Assembly (NCBI RefSeq): GCF_004010195.1
Contig: NC_057755.1
Span: 1,415,306-1,479,305, forward strand
Direction: 5' to 3'
Length of the DNA stretch: 64,000 nucleotides
Source: Chiloscyllium plagiosum
Taxonomy: Eukaryota
This document shows positions 37,201 to 50,225 of the stretch, piece after piece. The notes below the pieces were generated by a model. The model was not told where the DNA came from, searched no databases, and saw nothing but the letters and a program-made list of their open reading frames with translations. Position numbers and translations under genes: made by a program. Numbering within the stretch: the first letter of the stretch is position 1; each line of letters opens with the position of its first letter.

Positions 37201-40200
37201 GGATGTACAGTCTCCCTCTCTTGCTCTGTCTCTTGCACGTGCACTCTCTGTCTCGTGCATTGCATGCTCTCGCACGGAACAATCTCTCTTACACACTCTC
37301 TATCCACAACGCACACATCCTCTTTCATGCAATAACGCACTCTCTCTCACGCACACACGCTGTTTCACTTGCATCGGTGCACACTCCTCCTCTCACATGC
37401 ACACAATCTGTCTTAAACGCAAACACTGTCGTGATCTCTTGTATGCACACCCTCTCTTTCTCTCACATGCACACACCATCTCTCTCTCATGCACGCACTC
37501 TTTGTCATACACGCATTTATGCAATCTCTCTCTCATGCTTGCACGAACTCTCTCATGCACTCCCTCTCTCACTCGCATTCACTCTATCTCATGAATACAT
37601 GCATGCACTGTCTCTCATGTGCTTACTCTATCGCAGGAATGCATTCTCTTTTTCTCTTGCGCACACATAGACTTATCTTCTCACAAATGCACACACTCTT
37701 GCATGCACATAGTCTCTTTCTCTCTCGCAAGCAAACATTAGTTTTCTCTGTCTCTCACATGTTCAGACTCCTTCTCGCATGCATTCACACTTTTTCTCTC
37801 TAATTTGTGCACATTGTCTCCCTCTTTGTCATACAATCTGTCTTTCTGTCGCACACGTGCTCACTGCTTTTCTCTCTCACATGCATGCTCTGTCTCTCTC
37901 ATGCACACACACAGTCTCTCTATTTCACATGCATGCTCTTTATCTCACGAGGATACACTTTCTGACGTGCACATACACTTTCTGTCTGACATGAACGCAC
38001 TCTCCATTCCTCTGTCAATGTACACATTCTTACTCTCCCACACATGCATACTCTGTGCCTCTCGAACACGCACACTCTCAATCACACAGGCTCACATTCT
38101 CTGTTATGTGTGTGCACATTCTAATTCTCTTGCACATGCTTACATTCTTTGTCAGGCATAAACACACGCTCTTTCTCTTGCACATGGACACACACTTTCT
38201 CACTCATGAACACCTTTTGTCTCTCACATGCAAACACTCTCTGTCTTGCAAAATCTCTCTTGCACACGCGCAGATGCTTTCTCTTGCACACGTGCACTCT
38301 CTGTCTCTGTTGCATGTGAACACCCTTTCTCTCCGACATGCGAATATTCTCTCCCTCTCACATGCCTGTACTCTTTCTCAAACAGGCATACATTCTCTCT
38401 TATGCATGCACACACTCTAATTCTCTTGCACATGCACACACTTTCTCATGTACACGTTCATTCTCTCTTTTGCAAGCACACACACGTGCTCTCTCTCTCT
38501 CAAATATGTACACACTCTCTGGCACTTGCACACACTTTCTTTCTCTAGTGCAGACCACTCTGTCTCACACACGCACAAACTCTTACTCTCAAACACATGC
38601 ACACACACATACGTGTGCACTCTTGTTCTATCACGCATGCACATTCTGTTTCTCACTCACTCACATTCTGTCTCTTACATGTGCACACTCTCTCATACAC
38701 ATACCCACTCATGCATATTCCTTGTCTTTTGCACATGCACACTTTCTCTCTTACACACGTGAACATTCTCTTGCACGCTCTCTCTCTCACGCATGCACAC
38801 TCTCTTTCTCTCGCAATAAGAGACACACTCTCTTTCTCTCTCACACACACTCTCTCTTTCACTCATGCATGCATTCACTCCAATTCTCTCGTGCACGTGC
38901 ATACTCTCACATTCGTGCATGCATGCATTTTCACTCTTGTGCATACACACATTCTCCCTCTTGTACACGCACACATTCTCTCTCTCGTGCACACACATAC
39001 AGCCTGTCTCTCACGCACACACTCCCTCTCTCGTGCACACACACCCTCTCTAAGATGTACGAACTCCCTCTCTTGCACACACTCTATCTTGCACACACAC
39101 TCCCTTTCTAGCACATGCATCTATGCTGTCTTTTGCACACGCGCACACACACTCATTCACAAATTCACACATTCACTCTCTCACAGATGCACACACTTTC
39201 TCTCTCGCACATGCATACTCACTCCCTCTCTCACGCACCCCCACATGCTCTCATGTACGAACACACACCCTCCCTCTCAGATGCACACACACTCTCTCGC
39301 ACACATGCACACACACACCCTCTCTCGCACGGGCACTCACTCTCTCTTGCACATGCACACACTCTCGTACACGCACACTTCCCCTCTCACAAATGCATGC
39401 ACACTCCCTTTCTCACACATGTACACCCACTCCCTCTCCCACCCATGAACATGCATTCCCTCTCTCGCACGTACACGCACTGCCTCTCTCGCACATGCAC
39501 AGACATTCCCGCTCTCTCGCACACTTTCCTCCTCCCACATATGCACACACACTCTGTCACAGGTGCAGCAATCTTACTCTTTCAGACGCACACACTCTCT
39601 CGTGCATGCACACTCCCTCTCTCAAAGATGCACACACTCTCTCTCTTGCACACACTCCCTCTCTCGCACGCGCGCTCTCATGCACGAAAATGTATCTCCC
39701 TCTCAGATGCACATACTCTCTCTCTCGCACACATGCACACACTCCCTCTCTTGGATATACATACGCCCCCTTCCCTTGCACATGCACACAGTCACACATG
39801 CACATTCCTCCTCTCAAACACACAAGCAGACTCCCTTTCTCGAGCATGCACGAACAACCACTCCCTCTTTCACACACATGCATTCTCCCTCTCTCAATTA
39901 TGCACACATTCACAAGCATGCACTCTCCATCTCTCTTGCTCACACAGTCTCTCTGGAAAGCATGTACTCTCCTTTTCTCGTGCATGTGCACACTTTCTCT
40001 CCCTCTCATGCATACACACATTCCCTTTCTCACAGATTCACACTCTTACTCCCGCACATGCACACACACCTCTCGCGCATGGACACTCACTCATAAACGT
40101 GCACATTCTTTGTCTCACACACCCACACGCTCTTTCTCGCGCATGCACACATGCCAGCTGTTGCACACGCACACATGCCATTTCCCACACATGCACAAAC

Positions 40201-41596
40201 TGTCTATCTCGCGCATGCACATGCTCTCTCGCGTGTGCACACGCACCCTCTTTCACACATGAATCCACTCCCTTTCTCACAGATGCACACGATCTCTCTC
40301 ACACACATGCACACACTTTCCCTCTCTTGCTCATGCAGATACCCTCTCAAGCAGGAACACACACCGTCTCAGTTGCACGCACTTTCTCTCACGCATGTGC
40401 ATCCACTCAATCTTTCATGCATGTACACACTATCTCTCCTGTGCACGCATACATTCCCTCTATCGTGCACACACATGCACTCTCTCTCTCACACACATAC
40501 TCCCTCTGTCCCACACACACAAAATGCTTCTCTCACAGATGTATGCAATCTCTCGCACACGTACACACATTCCTTCTCTTTCTCACACACATTCTCTTGC
40601 ACACACACGCTCCCTTTCTTGCACATGCACACATGCTGTCTCTTGCACACGCACACACACCCTCTCTCACATATCCATACACACTTCTTCTCTTGCACAC
40701 GCACCCATGCTCTCATGCACGAATACACAACCCTCTCTCTCAGATGCACACATACTCTCTTCCTCGCACATGCACACTTCCCCTCTAACACATGCATGCA
40801 CACTCCCTTTTCCGCACAAGAACCCGCACTCCATCTCTCACACATGAATATGCACTCCATCGCTTGAATGCACACACTGTCTCTCTCGCACATACACACA
40901 CATTCCATCTTTCACACACACATTCCCTCTCTCACGCACACACAAACCCTCTCTCACAGATGCACACCATCTGTCTCTTACATACACATGCATTCTCGTG
41001 CATGCACACTCCCTCCCTCAAAGATGCGCACCCTCCCTTGCACACACATCCTCTCTCGCATGCACACACACTCCCTCTCTAGCACCCTCACAGACTCCCT
41101 TTCTGACACATGCATACACGCCATCTCTTGCACATGCACACACTTCCTCTCTCATAGATGCACACTCCCTCTATCTCACACACGCACACATACTCCCTCT
41201 CTCACATACACTCTCTCATGCACGATCACATACCTCTCTCTCAGATGCATGTACTGTCTCTCTCGCACACGTACACACACTCCCTCTCTCACTTTCCCAC
41301 ACACCTCCTCTCTTCCACATGCACACACTCTCACGCACGCACACTCCCCTCTCTCACATACAAGCAGACTCCCTCTGTCGAGCACGCACGCACAACCACT
41401 CCCTCTCTCACATACGCACACACTCCCTCTCTCACCTACGCGCTAGTTTTATCACACATGCACACACGCACACATTCACAAGTATGCACTCTCCATCGCT
41501 CTTGCACACACACTTCTCTGGCAAGCATGTACTCTCTTTTCTCGTGCATATGAACACTTTCTCTCACTCTCATGCACGTACACACTCTGTCATTTT

Positions 41597-41628
<32 letters not shown>

Positions 41629-44545
41629 CACACCCTCTCTCATCCACGGACACTCTCCCTCATAAGCGCACACGTTCTCTCTCTTGCATATGCGCACACT
41701 ATTTCTCACACATGCACACACGTCATCTGTTGTGCACACACATATACCATCTCTCACACGTGTACAAACTGTCTATCTCACACAAGCACATGCTCTCTCA
41801 CTTGTGCACACACATCCTCTCTCACACATGCACACGTACACCCTCTCTCGCACATGCAGCCCCCTTCAATGCACGAACACACACTCTCTATCAGTTGTAC
41901 GCACTCTCTCTCTTGCCACATGTGCACACACACCTTCTCTCGCACATACACACACTCCCTCTCTCGCACATGCACACACTATCGCGTGCATGGACATTTC
42001 CCACTCACACATCACGCACTTCTTCCCTTGTTCACACTAACACTCTCTTGTGAATGATTACACCCTCCCTAACGATGCATGCACCCATCCTCTTACAATC
42101 CCTATCTTGCTCACACACTCTGTCTCTTGAACACTCATACACTCACTTCCGCGCAAATGCACACACCCCGTCTCTTGCGCATGCACCCACACTATCTCTC
42201 ATACATACACTCTCTCCATCTCATACATGCACAAGCTCTCTCATGCACAAAACACACCATCTCTCTCAGATGCATGCACTCTCTCTGTCACACACGTGAA
42301 CATATTCCCTCTCACACACCCTCTCTCTCGCATCCACACACACTCTCTCTCACCCATGCACACGGCTTCTTATGCACACGCACACTCATGCATGCTCTCA
42401 CACCCTCACTTTCAGATGCATGCACTCTCTCACCCACACGAGCACACACTCCCACTCTCGCACACTCACACACTCTTGTGCATGCACACATGCTTCCTCT
42501 CTTGCGAACACACACGTCCATTCTCGCACATGCATGCCATTCCTCACATATACACAGACTTCCTACCTCATGCACCTACACAATCTCTCGCGTGTGCACA
42601 CTCACCCTCTCTCACAAATGCACACACTCCCTTTCTCACAGATGCACACTCTTACTCTCGCACATGCACCACACACCCTCTCTCGCACATGCACACAGCC
42701 TCTCATGCACGAACACAATGCTCTCTCTCAACTGCATGCAGTCTTTCTGTCGCACACGTGCACACACACTTCCCCTCTCAACCAATACACTTCTTCTCTA
42801 ATACACTCTCTTGTGCATGCACACACACCCTCTCTCAACGATGCACGCACTCTCTCTCTTCCCCACACTCCCTCTCTTGTGCATGCACACATACCATCTC
42901 TCACACATGCACACACTCTCTATCTCTCTCATGCACACTCTTTCTCGCATCTGCACACACCCTGTCTGACCCATCCATACACTCCATCTCTCTCTCACAC
43001 ATGCATAAACACTTCCTCTCTCGTACATGCACACACTCTCTCATGCATGAGTAAACACCCTCTCTCTTAGTTGCATGCACTCTCTCTCGCACACGTTTAC
43101 CCACTTCTTCTCTCACATACGCACAAACACCCTCTCTCGCACATGCAGACACTCTTGTGCACACACACTTCCTCTCTCAAACAACACACACTTCTCTAAT
43201 ACATGCTAACACTCTTTCGTGCATGCACACACACCGTCTCTCAACAATGCACAAACTCTCTTCCACACACTCCCTATCTTGTGCAAGCACACACCATCTT
43301 TCACACATGCACACACTCTCTATCTCGCGCACGCACACTCTTTCTCGCGCCTGCACAGACACCCTGTCTCACACATCCACACTCTCCCTTTTACACAGAT
43401 GCACACACGCTCTCTCTCACACACACTCACTCCCTCTCTCGCAGACGCACACACTCTGTCATGCATGATCACACGCCCTCTCTCTCAGATGCATGAACTC
43501 TTTCTCACACACATGTGCACTCACTCCCTCTGTTGCGCACGCACACTCTCACTTTCTCACAAATATACACTCCCCGTCTCTCACACATGCACACTCACTC
43601 AATCTCGCAAACGCACACACTTTCTCGCGTGTGCACACACACCCTGTCTCACACATCCACACTCTCCCTCTCTCCCAGATGCGCCCGCGCTCTTCCTTAC
43701 ACCCGCGCACTCACTGCCTCTGTCGCACACTTGCACACACTTTCATGCACGAACACTCACCCTCTCTCTCAGATGCATGCACTCTCTCTCGCACACCTGC
43801 ACACAGGCATGCATACACTCTCTTTCTCTTGCACGCATACACTTGCTCTTATGCGCACGCATTAACCCTCTCCCTCGTGCACGCACGCATTCTCTCACAC
43901 ACGCACACACCCTCTTTCACATATCTACACACTCCCTCTCTCGAACACGCACACTCTCTCATGCATGCTCACACATCCTCTCTCTCAGATGCGTGCAAAC
44001 TCTCGCAGGGGGTGTGTGCACGCAAGAGAGGGAATGCATGCCTGCATGAGAAAGGGAGCATGCATGTGTGCAAGAGAGGGAGTGAGTGCATGTGCGGGAC
44101 AGGGTGTGTGAGTGTACAAGAGAGGGAAAGCATGATCGTGTGTGAGAGAGGGCGTGGGTGCTCAGTGTGAGAGAGGGAGTGTATGTTCACGTTCGATAGA
44201 GGGTGTGGGCATGCATGTGTGAGAGGGGTGTGTGAGTGCACGAGAGACTGCGTGCATGTGTGAGAAAGGGAGTGTGTACATGTGCGAAAAAGGAAGATTA
44301 TGCATGTGCGTGTGAGAGGGGAGTGGTTCGGCGTGCATAGGCGAGGGAGTGTGCATGTGTGTTTGAGAAAGGGAGTCTTGCGTGTGTGAGGGGAGAGTGT
44401 GAATGCATGATAGAGCGTGTGCATGTGTGAGAGAGGGAGTGTGAGCTTGTGCGTGTATGAGAGAGTGCATGCATCTGAGAGCATGAGTGAACATGCATGG
44501 GATGGTGTCATGTGCGAGAGAAGGAGTGCATGCATGTGAGAGTTT
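34034..44545. repeat. ~10-kb complex CA/CT-rich satellite (CTCTCTTGCACATGCACACA-like units); begins with (TG)n(GA)n; last ~540 bp inverted
   Basis: G-poor + strand of alternating CA and CT runs punctuated by TGCA/CATG; composition flips to GT/GA at ~44008. Confidence 0.95.
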
Positions 44546-44825
44546 GGCAACATCGATGCATTTTAAAAATGTTGAACATTTGCCACCCCCCCCCCCCCCA
44601 CAAACAACTAAATTTTTCTGACCCGACCATCAATTACAACGGGAGAATGATAGACAGGAAAATGGGGAAAACTGTTTCTGGTTAAGTATTGATTAAATCA
44701 CACACCTCCCCGACTCTGTCCCCATTGAACACACTCAGGGCAGGCTACATGATTGTCCCTCTACACTTTGTCAATTTGAATTTCTGAGAATCTCGGGATA
44801 ATGGGATTAGATACAGAGGAAATCG

Positions 44826-45035
44826 ATCATAGAACGTTCCAGCGCAGTACAGCCCTTCGGCCATCGATGCTGCACCAATTTGCGAAATTCATCTGATGCC
44901 CCTCTAACCTACACCATTCCATTCTCAGCTATGTGTATGTCCAAATCCCATTTCAATGCCCTTAATGTCAGCGAGTCTATGATTGTTGCAGGCAAGCCGT
45001 TCCACGTCCTCACAACTCTCTGAGTAAAGAAACTA
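44826..45035 (-). mobile_element. CR1 3' tail fragment
   Basis: FFTQRVVRTWNGLP on minus strand; catagaac tail. Confidence 0.8.
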
Positions 45036-45535
45036 CCGAGATTTGAGAAGATTTGTAGGCCAGGTTGAGGTTTTGGATGTAGATTTGCTCGCTGAGCTGG
45101 AAGGTTAATTTCCAGACTTTTCATCGCCCTACTAGGTAACATCTTCAGTGGGCCTCCTGGTGAATCACTGCTGATAATTCCTGATTTATATTTATATGCT
45201 TGTCTTTCTTTAGGTTGATGCTGTCATTTCCTGCGGTGATATTATGTCCTGTGATGATGTCATTTCCTTTTCTTTTTCTCAGGGTGTGGTAAATGGGGTC
45301 CAAGTCAAAATGTTTGTTGATAGAGTTCTGTTTGGAATTCCATGCTTCTAGGAATTATTGTGTGTTTCTCCGTTTGGCTTGTCTATGATGGATGTATTGT
45401 CCCAGTCGGAGTGGTGTTCGTCCTGATCTGTATGTCAGGAAATTAATGAGAGAAGGTCATGTCGTTTTGTGGTTAGTTGGTATTGATTTATCCTGATGGC
45501 TACTTGTCTGCTGAATGTCCAATGCAGTGTTTGCT
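45036..45535 (-). mobile_element. 3' fragment of a second Penelope-like family (endonuclease C-terminus + terminal repeat with hammerhead remnant)
   Basis: Minus strand AIRINQYQLTTKRHDLLSLIS*HTDQDEHHSDWDNTSI; CTGAAGA-tgttacctagtagggcgat-GAAAAGTC at 45148-45115. Confidence 0.75.
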
Positions 45536-45794
45536 ACAGTGAAGTTGAAAGACAGGTATATGAAAATCAACGATTCCCACTGGTTGGAGGTTATAGCAAA
45601 AGAGAGATCAGAGTCAGAAAATGACGGCCCTAAGCGTTCAGGAGGGTTGTTAGGAAGCACTTTAACTCACAAGGGTTGAGAGAGGTTTGGAACTCTCTCC
45701 CCAAACAGCAGTGGATGCTGGATCAGTTGTTCAGGTTAAACCTTACACAGTCCCAATCACCAGCCACAAGACAGGGACTGTATGCAGTATATAT

Positions 45795-46160
45795 AGAATC
45801 CTAGAATTCTAGAATCCCTGCAGTGTGGAAACAGGTCCTTTGGTCCAACATGTTCACACCGACCCTCTGAAGAGTAACACGCCCAGCCCAATATCCCCAA
45901 ACTTTATCCGCTATTTACCTCTGACTTACACACCTAACCTATGCATCCCTGAACAATATGGGACATAGTAGCATGGCGAATTCACCCTAAACTTCACATC
46001 TTTGGAATGAGGGGGAAAACCGAGCCCCGGAAGAAACCCAAGTGGACACAGGGGGAGAAAGTGCGAACACCACACAGACATTCGCGTGAGGTTGGCATCG
46101 AACCCAGGTCCCTGGCGCTGTGAGGCAGCAATGATAGCCACTGAGCCACCGTGCCATCGC
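45795..46160 (-). mobile_element. HE1-type SINE, full length
   Basis: Reverse A/B boxes (actgagccaccgtgcc, tcgaacc), core cacatctttgga, (tagaatccc) tail. Confidence 0.85.
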
Positions 46161-48724
46161 ACGTGGTTAAGCTCCCTTTACTGTATCCACATCAAAAACT
46201 TTCTGGAAAGGGACAGCACAGAGTTACATACAGAATAAAGCTCCCTCTCCACTGTTCCCATCATTCCCACCCCCCGGTCATATAGAGCATTAAGGTTCCC
46301 TCGATGATATCACAAAAATGGCATGTAAAACATGATGAGAAATGCTGTTTTAAATTCACACGTGACTCTGCCCATTCTTACATACACAGACGCACACACA
46401 CATATACACACACACAAACACAGACAACAAACATTGAAGCACTCCAAAATCCAACGCCAAGTTCTTTGTTTGATTCTCTGAGTTCTGTTTTGATTGCTCG
46501 TTAGATTGCTGGTTTTGAATATCCACATGGGACAGTCGTCTTAATCCCATGTGCCGTGTCCTGCTTCCAAATACAGCGTCTGACTCCAATCCGGAATATG
46601 ATATAGGAGCCTCTCAGTGTAGGAGGGACGTGAGTTTTGTGCCTGATCCAGGTGTGTGAATGTCCCGTGTTCGGTTGATATCCAGGGATTTTTATTGGAG
46701 GGTTAATTGTTGGAAACCCCAATATATTTGATCATTCCGTGTCTCTGTGCAACTGCGTGAGCGAGAGTGTCTCTGCCTGTGTCAACAGGACATTGTATTT
46801 GTGGGTCAATATGACTTTACTCCAGGACCTATTAAATATTCATCAATATTTTCAGATACTTGTTCACAAATCGCAGAAAACCAATGGGATGGTATTACTC
46901 AATTTTAGAAGTGCTTTTGAGACGTGTTCCCCACCTCTGTGCTGACAGAATTCCTGATCCATAACTGAATCTTTCTCTGTTCCTCCCCCCCCCCCCCCCC
47001 CCCCCCCCCCCAGGTTAACATTGCACCATTAAGTCTGCATTGTCCCACCTCAGTCTAACATCGCTTCCCATCTCATTGTGTTCCATCTGCAGGAGGCTGT
47101 GAGATGATCCTGTACAAACTGTGAAGGGCTGATTTAATCTGCGAAACCAGAATGAAAGATTCTGAAGGTGTCAGCCATCTTAGGTATGTTGACGGCAGCC
47201 ATTTCATGTTAGACCAGCGTTGCTGTTGACTTTATTAATAGGGAGAGGCAAGAAAGAGTGGGGACGTGGGAAGTGCGTGTTTTTATGAGTGCAGTATAGA
47301 TTCACCAGAATGACAGCTAGACAGCAAACAGTCACTGGCGAGGGAGGGAAATGACCCAAACCCAGGGTTGTGTCCCTGGGTTTTAGAAGGATTGAATGGA
47401 ATTTGAGTTTTGAAACAATAACTGAAATGGCTAGGATATATAGGGAGAAAAGAATTCTTGCTGCTTCTGCGTCTAGGATGAAAATCAACATCTAAAACTC
47501 TAACAATACTCTGAAAACGTTTCAAGATGAAAATAAAGGAACACGCCTCCCATTTTCCTGTGTGATATTGCACAGACTATGTCTTACTCACTCACTGACT
47601 GAATCTGTCCAACCGCCTTCCCAGCCTTTCTGCGTCCTCCTTATATTTTAGCGTCCCACATTCCTTTTTGTTATTAGCAAATGGAACATAGGATTGTATC
47701 ATCTCAGTCGTTCATAGAAACTGTGTTCAGTGCACTGTAGGCAACAGAGAATGATTCACTCCAATCTGCTGCTATACAGCTCGTGTCTGTCTCGGAGTCA
47801 GCCTGAAACATCTCCAGGACACTTCAATTCTGTCTGTGTGTCTCTGGCTCTGGATGCGTGTCTGTAAGTCTCTCGCTTGATCTCTGAAAATCCCCATTCC
47901 CTGAACCACACTGAGGATATTCCATTCACTGCAACCCAGTTTGGAATTACACTGAAGACATGAAATGTGTTTTTTTATAAATGTCCATTTCTCCGTTACA
48001 TTGTGGTTTGCATTATCAGGTTGTCATTTGGGTTAAATCCAGGCCAAGCCTCATCCCCCAAAAACATTGGATGACGGTTTTATGACAAACAGAAAGCCCT
48101 CAGCCCTCACATGCCTATTTCAAAGGAATTGCGTGTTTCATATTAAGTGGACAATAGCAGTAACGAAGTTTGTCTGTGAGTGTTTTACTGAGATTACATC
48201 AGCAATCCTGCGGACCACGTTCATCTTCAGACACGTTCCCAACGACAGCAACCAGTGTCTGATTGTATCTTCCTCAAATCTCCTACTCTTCCCTGTTTAC
48301 TCCATTGGCAATTTGTGTATCATCCGCATGTTGCGATGTTTTGTCCTGTTTAATGGTGGCAAATACAGAGTAAAGCTTTCTCTACACTGCCTGCATTAAT
48401 GACTCCCGTGACAGGTATAGCATGATGATGTTGCAATCAAATATCTGAAGGACAGGCAATCCCCAAGCAGAGACGCAGAGTTAAATTCAGTTTAAACTCT
48501 CTCCATCTCACATTTCCACACACAGAAAGACACGCACACAGGCGTTGGCATCCTTCCTAAAGTGTTGTCCTCCCAAGTGGCGTCGTCCCAAGAGGGGAGA
48601 GCTCAGTTTTAACCAATGAAAAGCCATTCGCTTTTCAAGAGTTAAAGTTCAGATATCTTTCCCCCAGCTGTGGCTGAAACAATGAACTATAAAGGTTTAG
48701 CGACATTTCCCTTATCATTGTACC

Positions 48725-50225
48725 ATTGGAAATGACCTGAAGGAAATATTACCATCACATCAGGAGATATATGGAAATATGCTGGAAGGTACTAACCAAA
48801 TTATGAATAACTTAGAAAGAGGAAATGCTCTTCTGATTAAGCGACATCCTTATAAGCATAACCCTCAAAAGTTGGCTGCGGTTTCAAATGAGATTGAATA
48901 CATACTCCAAGGCAGCATAATCAAAGTGAGTTAAAGTGACGGGAGCTCATCCATAGTAATGGTGCCAAACACACATTTTTCCCAACAGTTGTATGTAGAT
49001 TATCTCAAAGGCGGTCCAGTTACAAAGATTGATGCATATCCAATTGCACATTTAGAAGACTGTGTTAAAAAGGTGAGACAAGAAAATTACATTTCGAAGT
49101 TGAACTTGCTCAGTAGACAGTGGTAAGTACCTTTGTCCAAAACAGCGAAGAAAATGTCAGCTTTTGTAATGTCGAATAGACTTTACCAGTTAAAGTCATA
49201 CGGTTTGGTATGGGAAGTGCGCCAGCCACATTTCAGACCCTAAGTCATAAAGACATTTCTGTATTACCCATTGGGCCGTTTATGTACATGACCGGTGATA
49301 TTTAGTCAAACATGGAAGCAACATTTGCAACATTTATCAGAATTTTTCAATCGACTTTGGGAGGCAGGCTTGTTGATATATTTTACTAAAAGTCAGCTTC
49401 CTGGGGATGTTATTGGACATGGACAAATGGCCTACGGAATGCAATAACAAAAGTATTTGGGGATTTTCCCATACCATCGACAAAAAAGAGCAGTACTACA
49501 ATTCCTGGGATTGAATTGATTTTATCGGAAAATAGTACCAAACTGTCGCGTGTGGATGCTCCACTCACTGAATTACTGAAGAAAGGCAAGAAGTTTAAGT
49601 GTACAGCAGCCAGACAGAAGGAATTTGACAGCCGGAAAGTTAACCAGTGCACCAGCATTAGCCACACCTAATTACGCAAAGCCAAGTAAGATGCAATAAT
49701 CTGGATGTCGTACTGTGCCCTTACAGGAAGATGACGAGAATATAAAAAGACCAATCAGGTATTTCAGCAGGAAATTAAACATACATCAACAGAAATATTC
49801 GACTGTGGAGAAGGAAACTTTGAGCTTGGTGCTGTTTTTAAAATATTTCAACCTTTATGTGATCAGTAACGTGTCTGAGTGAGTCGTATGTCACTGATCA
49901 CAACGCATTGAAGTCTGTGAAGAAATTTAGGGACAAAAATGCCAGACTGTTTAGATGGAGCTTGTTGTTATGATATTCAATTTGAAAACTGCACATGTGA
50001 CAGGACGGGAAAACAGGATTGTCAACGCATTTTAGAGGCTTGAATGAGATACAGATGCTTTCTCTGGAAAGATTCAAACAACATGAAACAAAATAATGGT
50101 GCATATTCGCATGGTTACTGTCAGTGTATTGCATATTGTGATATTGTGTGCTAACAGTTTAAGATTAAGGGGTTTTAAAATGGAGCCATCTTTGGCTATT
50201 GTTATTTTTTGTAAAGAGGGATAGG
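48725..50225 (+). mobile_element. Ty3/Gypsy LTR retrotransposon internal remnant (RT + RNase H, then polypurine tract)
   Basis: IKRHPYK..EIEYIL, YPIAHLEDCV, FGMGSAPATFQ, RPIRYFSRKL..YSTVEKETL, RLFRWSLLL..GREN; PPT aaagagggatagg. Confidence 0.88.

Noticed and set aside
34147..44553. Long ORFs (up to 557 aa) rich in H/T/L/S/C
   Set aside because: Open in several frames on both strands because the CA/CT satellite rarely forms stop codons; no domain signal
48067..48399. ORF with LTC...IKW suggesting an Ig constant domain, and kinase-like FEEDTIRHW on the opposite strand
   Set aside because: The second Ig cysteine motif and the kinase catalytic motifs are missing
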